From positions 16,306,001-16,370,000 of the forward strand of contig CM120645.1 in NCBI GenBank assembly GCA_051362555.1: a stretch of 64,000 nucleotides of DNA. Direction: 5' to 3'. Under the pieces are notes generated by a model that made no database searches, was not told the origin of the DNA, and saw only the letters and a program-made list of their open reading frames with translations. The DNA comes from Lingula anatina (Eukaryota; Animalia; Brachiopoda). The position numbers were made by a program, and so were the translations under genes. Below are positions 27,784-41,880 of this stretch, piece by piece (the first letter of the stretch is position 1; the number at the start of each line of letters is the position of its first letter).

Positions 27784-28000
27784 ATAAATAAATAAATAAA
27801 AATATTATTTAAAGAATAAAGTAAATAATTAGGTTACATTAAGAATCAAATAAAAAATAGATAAAAATTAGATGATTTAAATCATTAAATTAAATTAATA
27901 AATAATAAATAAATTATGATTTAATAATTGAATGAATAAATCGCTGTGAAGAAATAATCATTGTCGCAGCTAACGCGGTGAGTGTCAACCCACATAACTT

Positions 28001-31000
28001 CAGGCCTTCCCAACTACCAGACTCGGCACCTACGGGTCCAGAATAAACCGGTATATCTGACCACACTACCCGTTTTCAAGGTGTGTGTCAGATCGCATAA
28101 AAGAGTATCATACCCTATCACAAATTCTGTAAGCCTACCTGTCATCCGGGTATCACGCCTCGTTTTCGTCAAGTAGGAGTCGTATGAATAGAACAGACGA
28201 CTCCCTCAATCAGGGGGTGGAAACGCGCTACTTATATGATTAAGACGAGCCTAGCCGTCAGTACCGGTTATTGTTTTGTAGTAGGCTTGTTAAGAGGTCA
28301 AACGCTGCATTTTATAGTACAAATGTCTAACTTTGCATAAATGTTCCTTGGGCCAAAAGAAATTTTTTTATCCAAAGAGACGCCCTCTATCGATACATTA
28401 ATTAGCATAAATTATGCAAATTATGTGCCAAAATATATAATATTTCATATTTCCATTAATTTTTGGCCTAGAAACATGTATAGATTATTAAACCTGACTA
28501 AATTAGGGACAAGGAACCCTTTTTTGATCATTTGGAAGCAATTGGTGGCCATTTTGTGCCTCAAATCCAAGATGGCCGCCACCCGCCATTTTGAAAGTGG
28601 ACATAATTTTGCTATTTTATGTTGAATTTTGAAGCGTTTGGTCTAACTATACTTGATATATATATCGATTCTTACTATTTTGGGGGTGCAAAAGTCATTT
28701 TTGATATTGTTATGGTGATAGTAGGTGATTTGAAGGAACAAAGAGGGTGTTTTAAGTGCTTACCAAGATATGTGTGAACGCTGCAAAACCATGGATATTG
28801 ATAACCCGTATTCAAATATATCTCAATGCAATTTTTGGTTATATACTATCCATATTGGACTAAATTATGAGCAAAAAAAACTCATTTTTACCATTACGGA
28901 GGCCATTGAGGCCGCTTTGTCCCTCAAATCCAAGATGGCCGCCAAAAACTATTTTGAAATTGGGCATAATTCGCTATTTTGAAATTACATGTATTACGTA
29001 CATCTTTGTAAATGAGTAATACGTCGTTTTATATTATTTTCTGGTGTAGAATACATTATTTGTTTCATAAAATTTGTGCCTCAAATCCAAGATGACCCGC
29101 ATACGCCATTTTCAAATTGAGCATTATTCACCATTTTGAAACTATCACACCTTCAAAAGCGTGCCATACGTCATTTTTTATTATTTCCTGGTGCAGAATG
29201 CATTTTCGGTTTCATAAAATGTAAATAGAAACTTTTATAAGCCTCCAAATAAATATAGGATTCAGTCGCCACATGGGCCTGCAGTTTATATGTACAATTA
29301 GTAATCCAATTAGTAAGAAACTGCTTTTGCCCGATCTATAAAACAAGTGTCAGCAAACAAAATGGCTGAATTAAAGCAAAATAATACATCTTTCACCGCA
29401 TGAGGATAATTGTTAGCCATTATTTTGATCAAAACCAAGTGTTGGTTGCATGCCGCTATTTTAATAATTTGGTGTAATTTATAACCTTTGAACTGTGGGC
29501 TTGTATTAGGTAAAATGGTACTATTCTGGGGACTCAAAAGTAATTTTACGGTGCTAATTTGGTGACAGAAGATAATAAAAAGGTACCGTAATATAAGGTT
29601 GTAAAATAAATTCCAAGATGAGTTTCGTTGAGTCTGTTACAAAAATGTGGAATCCGAACCATATGCTCAAATATATCATCTAGATTTATCTTAAGTGACC
29701 ATCCACTAAAAGATACTGAATAATTTAAAGGTAAGCAATAAATATATATACAAAGCGGTATTATATTATTAATCTTTTACTGGTCAATGTGAACCAAAAA
29801 GCCACATGTACATTTATGTCCCAGTCACTGGGGCTTGCATTTGCATGTTAAATATAGTCCAGAAGATTTGAAGGGTGAAAAATGTGTCGTCTTATAATAC
29901 TATGGAACTTGGTTAGTTGTATTGATGCGAAAATGCCCGTGAAAGACAAGCAAATGGACTTTGCTTTGAAATAGCTCCAAATCTTGTCTGCAAAATCATC
30001 CAGCAGCACAGCAAAAAAAAAAAAAAAATGCATGATCAGCTCTGGTAGGCCAATAAGACAACAGCCAGTAAGAATTAAGGTTTTGTTAGTGTCCTATGAG
30101 AAACAGCCAAACAATATATTAAAATCCAGTTTCCAGAGAAACATCAATGCATGAGAACATGTTGCATCAGAGGAAAGTGGTATCTTTACACAAAAGAAGG
30201 AATCTGCAAAACCAACTTGAAAGCAGCAGCTGCGCAGGTAGGCAAGAGGGATAAAGCAAAAAAGTCGAGGAAGCAGCCTCTTTTCCTAGTTGACAGTGCC
30301 AGTGATCATTCCTAGCATGATTTGGCCAGACAAGTCATCTCACTACCAATAGAAATCCATAAGGCAACTACATAGTTCTCATTGTTTCCAATGGACGAAC
30401 AAGCACAAAACATCTACAGTATATGACAACTACAGGAAAATTCATCTTGGAATCATCTTAAAACACCTTATGCCTTTTTATTATCCTCTGTCACCAGAAT
30501 AACACCGGAAATTAATTATGTACTTCCAGAATAATAACAATTGATGTATTACGATCATATATGAAAGTCCAACAGCAAGGTAATTTAAATTATTAGCCAT
30601 AATTTTAAAATAGTGACAGGCTCTTGGATATGAACAACAGAATAGCTAACAGTAGTCACCATAAAGTCGAATCAACCATGCTGGTCTCTTGCACTTAATC
30701 TATGTCTGGCAAAACCATTTTATAATTGTTATATAACATATTTTTGCACAAATTTGACTTCAAGACGTATACAAGCGAAGGTGGAAGGTGAAGACGTAAA
30801 CCTGTATTGGTGTTGGAGCCTTGTAATATTTTCTTTTTGTATTATATCTCAGAAGAGATAAGACACGACTTCTACAACCCAAATGATAAGAAACGATGTA
30901 TAACATGCTAGTGTAAGAGCAATAGCTTCAAATTGATGAGTTATGCCTTACCCGTATTTCAAAATTGTGACTGGCGGCCATCTTGGATTTGAGGATCAAA

Positions 31001-32650
31001 ATGGCTACCGATTGTCTCCAAAGCACCAAGTATGTGTTCTTTACCTTTAAATGAGACATTTTGGTCTCTGACGCTTGTTTCATGGCACATGTAAGTCTAT
31101 TTGACAACTTAAGCCTACATGCATATTGATTTTGGAGGCTAAAATAGTTTGTACTCACATTTCATGAAACAGATAATGTATTCTGCACCAGAAAATAATA
31201 TAAAACGACGTATTACTCATTTACAAAGATGTAATACATATAGTTTCAAAATAGCGAATTATGCCCAATTTCAAAATGGTTATTGGCGGCCATCTTGGAT
31301 TTGAGGGACAAAACGGCCACAATGGCCTCCATAATGGTAAAAATGTGTTTTTTTGCTCATAATATAGTCCAATAGCGATGGTATATAACAAAAAATTGCA
31401 TTGAGATATATTTGAATACGGGTTATCAATATCCATGGTTTTGCAGCGTTCACACATATCTTGGTAAGCACTTAAAACACCCTCTTTGTTCCTTCAAATC
31501 ACCTACTATCACCATAACAATATCAAAAATGACTTTTGCACCCCCAAAATAGTAGGAATCGATATATATATCAAGTATAGTTAGACCAAACGCTTTAAAA
31601 TTCAACATAAAATAGCAAAATTATGTCCACTTTCAAAATGGCGGGTGGCGGCCATCTTGGATTTGAGGCACAAAATGGCCACCAATTGCTTCCAAATGAT
31701 CAAAAATGGGTTCCTTGTCCCTCATTTAGTCAGGTTTGATAATCAATACATGTTTCTAGGCCAAAAATTAATGGAAATATGAAATATTATATATATTTTG
31801 GCACATAATTTGCATAATTTATGCTAATTAATGTATCGATAGAGGGCGTCTCTTTGGGTAAAAAATTTTCTTTTGGCCCAAGGAACATTTATGCCAAGTT
31901 AGACATTTGTACTACAAAATGCAGCGTTTGGCCATTTTTTGGTCCTTAACAAGCCTACTATTGTGACCTTGAGGAGCAATTAGGTTTGGTCGTTGCGGCA
32001 CGCATGAACAGTAGTTGAACTACCACACCTGGGTCTTTTGTTTTTGACAACTGTTCACTCGTCATCGAGGCGCTTGTTCAAGACTACAGGCTGATATCTA
32101 CTAGTACTACCAGTGGCTTCATTAGTAACGTTCCCACAATACTTAAGTTTTCTGTCCGTGCATACAAACCCTGAAAAAGGACAGCCTCGCTGACGAGAAC
32201 AATAGACGTTTCTCACCCCTCTCTAGGATTACCCCTGCCCTCAATCTCGTCCATCCCGGTAGTCATGAAAATAATTTAACCCCCGACAGAATATGCTTCT
32301 GCTATCAAAATTAAGTCTACTTTTCTAAATTAATATATAAGTTTGCAAGTTCTTATTTACAAAACATCATTGGCTATGTCCGAACCTAAATTTTATGTTA
32401 AAAATTGCGGTACTGTCAGATTTTAGCATAAACAGAGAAAATTGCAGCAGCGCATGAATCTAGATGAGATGCACTACTTTCCCACCCCGATTAGGATCAT
32501 TGCTATCACATCGCGCACCAGGCAAAATCGGTGTGGTGGCTGATACTCTGTAATGCGATCTGACACACACCTTGAAAACGGGTAGTGTGGTCTGATAAAC
32601 CGGTTTATACTGGACCCGTAGGTTCCGAGTCTGGTAGTTGGGAAGGCCTG
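28001..32650. mobile_element. Non-autonomous hAT-like element (~0.97 kb without its nested insert)
   Basis: ~120-bp TIRs CAGGCCTTCCCAACTACCAGACTCGG... / ...CCGAGTCTGGTAGTTGGGAAGGCCTG, with TAACTT repeated on both sides. Confidence 0.8.
28279..31960. mobile_element. Non-autonomous Academ-like transposon with ~790-bp TIRs
   Basis: Termini TAGTAGGCTTGTTAAG / CTTAACAAGCCTACTA with a 3-bp TTG TSD. 28279-~29070 is inverted at ~31160-31960. The ORF-track peptide MCERCKTMDIDNPY appears on both strands. Confidence 0.85.
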
Positions 32651-35600
32651 TAACTTATAACTCCTTGATTCAACGTACTTTCATAAACATGTAGTGTGAC
32701 CACACTGTCAGCTACTCCCCTTGTTGCACGTTGCAAGCGATTTGTCTCATAACTATGACAAGGCGTTCTTTTTTCTTGTTGTTTTTTAAAAACGGACCGC
32801 TTTGTCAAGGCTAATTGCTCAGCTCCCTGCGCGTCATATGTACTTAGCTCTTTGCGCGACCTATGTAAACGCTAAGATATGAATGTTAGACCGGGTAGTT
32901 GATTGTTTTGCCCGGGCGCCGCACTTATGCTTTCCTACTAGAGCGATCTAGAACAAGTCGCTAGTTTGCCCTGTTTGTAACTAAAGCAAAATATGCTCGA
33001 CATGCCGTTTCTGCACGACAGCCGGAGACACAGTAATTGTATAAGGTATGGTTTAAGCTTGTTCGAGAGATGATAACAGTCGCGTTTAACAAAAGATAGT
33101 AAGACCCCCTCCTCTTTAACTGATGTCTTACACTGTTAATATTGACCGCACTTTCATATATTATGTTATACACTGTCAGACTTTCCCCTGTTGCACGTTG
33201 GCGTTGGATTGTACTTGTGCCTCTGTCAATGCACCTCATTTAGTTTAAATATTTTTACCGCATAAACCTTTGTGGTTAAGAGTTATTAGTTTAGTAGTAG
33301 AAATAGGATGCTTGGACAAAAAGCTTCTAGTCAACTCGCTAAGACCTAGGGTGTGATGCTGCTATCATCCGAGGAAACACCTACACTGAATCCTCTACCT
33401 GAAGTCCCCCTAGCTGAAACAAAAAATGCCCCTTGAAACGGTCCATTTTTAAAGCGTCGAATCATTTTTGATATCATTGAGCGTTAAAGCGTAGGTTTAT
33501 TCATCATGATCTATTTTGTAAACAATACTTGCCTAGATTTTACTTGGATAAATCATAGTCACTGTTTGGCTACTCGCCTATAATGCGTGCTGAATGACAG
33601 ACAACTTATAAATATTATCTGTGTTACTGTGTTTATGACCACGTTAAGTTAAAATAGAACGGTATCGGTGATTTAATCCATCCAACATATTTATATTTCT
33701 TCTTTTAAATCCAGTGTTAGGTTAACATCAAGTCAAAGCAAGCCTTGCAGATTGATTTTGTTTAAATTTTCGTAAATTAAGTAAAGCTAAGTAAAGCCTG
33801 TTTCTAGTTCATCCACACTATAAAACTGCATGAAGGATAACAAGTCTCTGAAGCCAATTAACTTTCACAATGCCGTGTGCTTTAGAGTCCCATGTTATAC
33901 TGTACAATAAAATGAGTATGGCCTGAGAGAAATATAAATATGAGGCAGTGTATGAAGATGTTTCAAATAATAAAAATCAAGAATTTATACATGTTAGGTA
34001 CATGCACATCACTTGATAAGTCATTTCACAAAAATGGCATCTAATTTTTCAGATAAACCCCCACTTTTATCGATCTCAACGCCTTGTCTGATGTTTACAT
34101 GTAGGCGTATACTCCAATATTAATTGCGAACAATATCAATAGCGACTCGAGATCGTTGCCTGTTTTTCACACTTTTACACAAACTCATGAAGGGTTAATA
34201 AAAGGATTCGCGTTGCGACATCTATCTCTTTCTTTCGAACAAGCAAATTAAGGGCTGACCCGAAGTAAGCTTTCATAACTAATTTCTCTTTGACTGTACA
34301 GGGGTATATTGTAATTACTCCACTTGGTCGCCTCCATTGTCTTGTAACATTGACAAATAATGTGTTTTCACACGCGAGTTTACATAACTCCTTTGCCTTG
34401 TGTCTTTATCAAGGTTATAATCAGTTTGAATAGGTTGTCTTGCCTCACTTAAAAAGGGAGTTGTTCTTCACACTGGTTGTTGCCTACATTTGTGTAACTT
34501 ATGCTAACCTACTTTGTACAAATATGGTTTTAATAAATCGCCAAAACTATGACACTAAACTATGAACATTGTGTATCAAACATTTTGATACGGTTAAATA
34601 AATGTGCAAGAAGGATTACGGAATGAATTACTATTTACCCCCCCCCCCACGCGCCCTTCAAAAAATGCTCTTTTGATTTCGAAATGAATTTGTTTTTAAC
34701 GCAAAGAAGTCCAATACCTCTTTCACGACTCAGTCATTGTACAGCATGTTATATTACTCTTTACCCTTTTTATTTGACACTGTCTCTGTTTCTCTCCCCT
34801 TTTACTTTCTCTTGTTAGAAGGAGGGCAAATAATTAAGCATTCAAAATATGCATCACCAATCTTCAGAAAAGAATGAGTGAATGAACCATTGGGCTGATT
34901 CACAACGTCCGACACAGCAGAATAAATTAAATAACAGCTTTCACAGATTTAACTGCAGTTAGCTGTACAGCGTCACTATATACATAATCCGCTGCAAGCG
35001 CGAAGCTGTTGAACAAAAGGGTAGTTCTCTAGGGAAGACCTTTTGTTTACATAAGTACTCTAAGGGGGCGTGCCTAACCAGGCGACAAGAGGATTAGGCT
35101 AGTCACTATATTCCGTCAAATTTGTTTAGCGACCCTATCATTATCGCACTCCCTCTATTGTATTTTCTGACGTTATAATTGTATCTAATCTTCTTATGGT
35201 AGATGGAAAAAATAATAATTATGTTTCCGTTGTACGACGTTTTAAAAGCGTCAGAATGTTTTAATCCCTATCCTGTGAATAGAAGGGGGCGGACAAACAA
35301 TGGAAAGCCGTCTAATCCCTTCAAAATTCGAACGCAAAAACACAATAGTTTAGGCGTAATAACACACAATACCTTAGGCGAGTGAACCCCATGACGCCTG
35401 TTTCTGTGGTCCAGCGCGAGCGCGACAATCCGCTGTGACTAGGTGTAGTTAACAGCAGGATACATCAGCCAGAAGGTGCCCATTGTTTGTTGCGGCGATA
35501 GCTATAGGATTTAGCTTTACGATGCTAGAACCCATGCTAGCTAACCCGTGCCAGTCCCGTGGCCACCTATCCTTATGTTCACTAGCTTGGCACGCGCAGC

Positions 35601-35960
35601 TGATCATGTTTTAAGTGTTGCAAGATAACTGCTAGTTTAATTTAGTATCAGTTATTTAATTCAATATGAAGTGTTCTGTGGTCAAAAATTGAATTTGATA
35701 ACCATGCATCAGCATCGTACATCAGCATGATCAACAAATCACCCCGTCTCAAAAAGTTTAAAGATGCTCCGCACACAAATTTTCATCATCGCGACCTGTG
35801 TAAAAATAGATTACTGTTTAGAAATAACAAAGAAAGAAACATTATTAAAACAATTTATTCACATTACAAGCTGACGTGTTGCCTCAATTACTACATTAAG
35901 TTACATTTTATATAAAATAATAGAGCGAATCCGTAAAAGGATAATAATAGAAAATCTTAA

Positions 35961-35999
<39 letters not shown>

Positions 36000-36000
36000 A

Positions 36001-36169
36001 CAGGCCTGCAGCCAGGGGGAGTTCAAGAGGTTCGAAAGTACCCCCTTTTGCTGAAAAAAGGTCCACTCTGGGTAAAATTTGACATAAGTACATGGGGATT
36101 TTTCGGTAAAAGGTCCACTTTTTCAGAAAAAGACACCCCCCCCCTTTGAAATTGCTGGCTACGGGCTTG
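36001..36169. mobile_element. Small hAT-like MITE (in array copy 2, same site as 27618-27783)
   Basis: CAGGCCTGCAGCCAG...CTGGCTACGGGCTTG at the same position in the repeat unit. Confidence 0.8.
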
Positions 36170-37441
36170 ATAAATAAATAAATAAATTATTTAAAGAATT
36201 AAGTAAATAATTAGATGACATTAAGAATCAAATAAAAAAGATAAAAATTAGATGGCATCAATCATTAACAAAAGGTAAATCATTTCAAACAATTTAATAA
36301 ATATATTATGATTTAATAACTAAATGAATAAATCGCTGTGAAGAAATAATCATTGTCGCAACTAACGCGGTGAGTGTCTACCCATTATCAAAGGCCACAG
36401 ATAGATTTTCACTAGTTACAAGTATGGACAGATGTGTATCTGGTTATTTGATGGGACCTTTTGGCACCGCGTTAGGGGAACGAGCACATTAACTAACTTC
36501 TTTTAAGATTAAAGTGAGTGTCCTATCATTTGAAAGCCAACAAAATATTTCATTCCACATTAGAGAAATTAGCCTTATAATTACATTTGTAATTTTATAA
36601 CTGGGTTTATGTAACTCTTCACTGTTCAGTAACTGTTATAAAGGAAAGTTAGATTTTGCTTGTATGAAACACATTTTTTATTTTGATAAAAATCGACTGC
36701 GCATACAGCATATTGATATAAGGCTTTCGATGATGATTGTGCATGAAACGTCAAGTCATTTTTCCTTTTCATAATAGTGCTGGGCACCCAGGTGATGAAT
36801 CTTTTACTCGACGTGCATATCCTAATATTGTATAGGCATGATTTCAGGTTGTTCGGCAACGATGACGATTGCGTTCAAAATGGGTTGTTTGCAGCATAAC
36901 GCCCTTATGCTTTGTGATATATGTGAATAAACCTAGCTTACTAAATAACTATTACCAAAGTGAAGCATGGCTTTAGGTTTAACAGTCCAAGATTTATTCA
37001 ATAGTCTTGTTTCATTAACTTTGCGAATGGAAGTCTCCGTCGTCAACGTTAATTTCCAATATGATTTTACATCACTTATCTGATTTATCAATCTTATTGT
37101 TTAGGTTTTGTTTAAGGTTGTATGAGAAAAGATAATGATCGCGTTTTACAATTGATTGAGGGCTACAGTAAGTCCCTCCTCTTTGGGCGATGTCGAAGAC
37201 TGTTAATTCAACGTACTTTCATAAACATGCAGTGTGACCACACTGTCAGCCATCCCCCTTGTTGCACGTTGCAAGCGATTTGTCTCATAACTATGACAAG
37301 GCGTTCTTTTTTCTCGGACCACTTTGTCAAGGCTAATAGCGAGAAGCAACCTATTGCGTCACTACTATCTCATGCATATTAATGAGTTCACTGCTGAACG
37401 CGGAAGTCGGACAAGCACAGCAGTCTGCACGTTGAATTTCA

Positions 37442-40174
37442 ATGGCGAAGGAAGGGACACCAACGGTTTCCTTCGTAAGATTGACCGAGGATGATGTCCC
37501 GGGAGCAAAATTTTCCTATGAAACAGCAGCTGAACATTCCAATATCCAGTTGAGACGTTGGCTTGCCTGCAGGGGCTTAAAATCTAGTGGAAACCGGAGT
37601 GAACTGGTCGAAAGGTAGGTTCAGTGATATTTCTTGTGACTGTAAAACACGTGTATCGGAAAGAGACGTTCTTATAAATATTCATGTATGTCTCTACATC
37701 AGTGAAATATGAGTAACTCGCAGTTGCTATCATCGATATCACTGATAGGTTTTCGCGGGTGGAATGAATATACTAGTAAACATATTACGTGTGTATCAAA
37801 ATGCGACCGGACTTCACAGTGTCATGTTCAGAAGCCTTGTACTATCGTGTTAATATAACTACGGTGCAATAAAATGTCGTCTTCCTATAGTTGTGAGATG
37901 GTTTAGTCAATGTGGGTACTAATGGCCAAACTTTGACTGTTCTATCAGCGTAAGTATAACACGTTGCTCTTGTATCCTTGTGTGTGTATATAAACAAAAT
38001 GAAAATGGCGGTCTCGTTTCATAGGGCCCACTGCACAAGTGGATTGCTTTAGGGTTTTTTTTTTTTTTATTTCCAGGTTGCATGTATGATTTAGACTTTC
38101 AATGTTTATTATAGGCCTTTGATATCAATTAGATATAATTAGTTTTAAAAATGTACTGAATTATTTTAGAACATGTCAGTTGATTGAACATTTTGTTGAA
38201 CTGCATGCAGGTAGGCCTGCACTAAGTTAGAATTTAATGCGTCTTAATTTAAAGTGCAAACATTAGCTGAGTAGTTATTTACTGACAGTACTCATACTAT
38301 TGAGCCAAATATATTTTTTATAATGTTTTACACATTTCAAGTTTTATGACCAATGTTCTTTTATACACACACACACACACAGACACACACACACACAGGA
38401 AGTCATTGTTTTGTGTGGCATTATAGACATACAAGTTGGTGCAGGAGAGATTTATTATTGGGGCTGATCATTGTTTTTTAGATCATTTCCCTCCAAAAAT
38501 AACTTGTCTTTAGGTGTTCGACCATTGCTAATGTTTGTTTTTTGTTTTTAATCTAGATGCAATGACTGCATAGCAAGTGGAAGGTCCGTAGACATCGATA
38601 TTACCATTGATGGGGGGAAATGGTACCAGAAAAAGGCAGGTATCTTGGTGGAAAGATCTGCCAACAAACCTATCCCGCCAGTCACAGGATGGAAGCCATT
38701 GGTAGCCACTTCGTTGCCAGCACAATACAATTATGGGAATGTATATCACTGGTTGGTGGAGAGCATGCCAAGCCTTCCAGGGGATACGGATAACCAGAGT
38801 GTGGTTACTGGAAAACCTCTAGTACGAGGACAACAGTATGTTCAGTCTGGCAATGTGGGTTGTGTAGAGACTAAAGTGTCTGACAGTATATTTCATGTCA
38901 AAGCCAAAGTTTTGCCCTCTATGAGAAATGGAAATCCATACACTGTGACTATTGCGCTGTCCGTTGTAAGTGGAACTGTGTTGGATGCCACTTGCCATTG
39001 CAAGTCTTCAGCCCTAAGCAGATGCAGCCATATTGCTGCTGTTCTTTTATCACTTTGTGACTCTGCAGACAGGGGTGCCTCTGATCCAGCATGCACAGAC
39101 CTGCCGTGCCAGTGGCATCGTGGCAGCAAAAGGAAAATGCCTGACAGCATCAACAAGAAAGTATATAACTCCAAGCGAAAGCAAACTAATGTAATAGCCT
39201 TTGACCCTCGGCCTGCAGGGACAATTATTACTGTAGAGGCCAAAAATAAGTTTTTGACTGATTTAGGTAAAGCAGATACCATATGCATGTGGCAGACAAC
39301 TCTTCAGTTTACATATATAGACTATGACCTAAGTAGGGAAAGGAATGAGCTTCTGTCCTGCATGGTAGTCCACATTCTGAATAATTTAAGACCTAGTGTG
39401 GATGAGGAAGCAGCTCTCATGCCAAACACAAGTAACCAGTCTGCATCCACAGAGTGGCACAACCAGCGAAGTGTAAGGATGACAGCGTCTTCTGCCAAGG
39501 AAGCTGTGATGTTGTGGAGGAAAGAGAGCGTGGATCAGTCGTCAGTTGTAAGTGAAGCTTCTTTGAAGTTTGTTCAAAGAAAAGTGTGGGGACTCCATCA
39601 GGTCGTCACTAGGTACATGCAGGAAGGTTTGGAGAAAGAAGAGCAAGCAAGAATGGACTATTTTGCTTACATGAAACAGCAGTCTCCACTGGTAGAGGTA
39701 CAGCCCACTGGATTATGGGTAAATGTTGTAGAACCCTGTCTTGCATGTAGTCCTGATGGAATAGTAAAAGACCCATCAGAAAATCCCAGTGTGGGATGTG
39801 TAGAAATTAAGGTGTTGAAGATTTTTAGTCACAGGTCACCAGTTGAGTTAAAAAGTGCTGTTGAGAGAGGGGAGATGAAAAAGGAAATGTCGTCCCAATG
39901 TTTCAAGATCAACAATGGTAATTTTACATTGAAAAGATCTCATGGATACTATTATCAAGTTCAATTTCAGTTGGGTGTTACAGGTCTTAGTTGGTGCGAT
40001 TTTGTTATGTGGTCACCTGTAGGGGAACCTGCTGTGGAGAGAGTTTACAGAGATGATGTGTTTATTGCTGAGATAATGTCTGCAAACAAGAAATATTGGA
40101 AGGCAGTTATTGCCCCTGAATTGGTAGAAATGAGGGCCCCACGCAATCTAAAACCTTTTAAATTGAAGGGTTAG
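37442..40174 (+). CDS. SAP + SWIM zinc finger + YqaJ/lambda-exonuclease protein, ~596 aa; exons 37442-37614 and 38557-40174
   Basis: Exon 1 reads MAKEG...QLRRWLACRGLKSSGNRSELVER (SAP). A phase-2 GT-AG intron joins it in frame to ORF 38645-40174. SWIM motif is CHCKSSALSRCSH. YqaJ motifs are QSASTEWHNQR..MTAS, G..KEEQA, LACSPDG, VEIK and YYYQVQFQL...WCDF. Confidence 0.9.
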
Positions 40175-41880
40175 TTAACAAGTTAATTTTAAAACTGACC
40201 TGGATGGTTTTGAGCCCTCTGGTGCATATTAGTCATTCTAATTTTTGTGATTTTATTTACTTACATTTTGATATGTAATTTTTTAGAAGACTGCATTATA
40301 TGTGATTAAATTTGAATGCTTTTCATATCTTGTCCTATCATTGTATTTCAACAGCACAGGTGTATCAATGAGAGGACTGATGGTAAATAATGAAGGTCTT
40401 CAATTTTTTTTAACTGACATGAATAGTTTTGAGATGGCATCTTTAGTGTTTTTCTTATTCATGCTCAATTTTTGTAGTTTATGTGCATTTTAATATGTAT
40501 TGTCTTAGAACAAGGTGATATAATAAACTATGAACAATTGTCATATGTGGCATTGTCATTGCTCTCATTTCAATAGCACAGATATGTTAATAAGAGTACT
40601 ACTTGTATATAATTAGTTTTTCAGTTTTGCTTAATAATTTTAGTAACGTACAAAGATTCACGGAAAAAAATTGGAAAGAAGACATTAGTCAGGATGACAA
40701 ATATTTTTTTCAATAAACATTTTGCAATAATGATTATTAGTGTTTTCATTTTGTCCATTTGCATATTGCTTTTATAAGATTCAGGGGATCTAGTAAATAC
40801 TGCACATCCATATATTTTAGCAAAGGAAATCTCAAAAGTCAGCTATTTTCATCTAAATAGCCAATTGTCATCTGGTTTCTTTTTAAAACATATTGTTGCA
40901 TTTTGATATATCACCTATTCATCATAAAATTTTGCAGTTTATAATTTACAGAAAAAAATTCTCAGTGCACCATTTTCTTAATCTAAATCATAAAGGGGCT
41001 GTAAGGGACAGAAAAGGTTCCAAAACCCATACAAAACTATTTTTTTCTGGCAAACTATATTTCTTATACCAAGCAGTAAAGGTTGGCAGTAAGTTGCATT
41101 TTTCAAGCAAACTAGGATGTAACCTCACTTTTAGGGTTGATGATAAAAAGGGGAACTCTAGACATAAAATAAAGAAACATAAAGAACATTTAAGAGAACA
41201 AATTTTGAGGTGACTCCCAATTCGATCTGAACACTGCAGATGCATTCATGTGATGAAAATAATTGCAAATGTTAATTTAAATTTGACAAACAATAACCCA
41301 GTTTTTTTATACATGTAAACCAATTTATTGCACAAGTCATGGAAAATTCTTTGTATCATTATGTATATACTGCTTTCCTTTGTAGGTTTAATAAAAGAAA
41401 ATACATAAGTTCACAATTTTCAATTAAAAAATTATTGCTCTTTCAACACCCAAAAAACATGGCACAATTAAAAAACCCTGAAATTAAAGGGATAATAACT
41501 CTTCGTATGAGATCTATATTTCACAATTAAAACATTGTGAATAACTCATAGAAATATAATATATTCTGTTTTACCACAAAAACGGCAGTTATAGCTATTA
41601 TTCTGATATCTGAGCTTGTCTTTAGACCACGTGACCTCCATTGATGGCTATACTATGTTAAAATCTCTTAAGAGATTTTAACAAAAAACCAAACTTTTTA
41701 GAAAAAAACCAGGGACTAACTTTGAATGTAAAAATGGATTCATTAATCATTGGTAAGTATGGAAAAATTGTTGTTTACTCCAGGAAAATTCATTTTTTGG
41801 CCGAAACGAAGAGTTATTATGACTTTAACTATATACAGAAATTGTTTTCTTAACCTAATTATGTCTACTACCCACTGTAC

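Noticed and set aside
32961-33239. Thrice-repeated ORF MRCIDRGTSTIQ (also at 45346 and 50564)
   Set aside because: It reflects repeat copy identity only. The frame shifts in copy 3, is broken in the solo copy, and has no recognisable domain.
38645-40174. YqaJ ORF as a prophage or viral gene, or bacterial contamination
   Set aside because: It has a spliceosomal intron and an N-terminal SAP exon, and it lies within the TIRs and TSD of a eukaryotic transposon.
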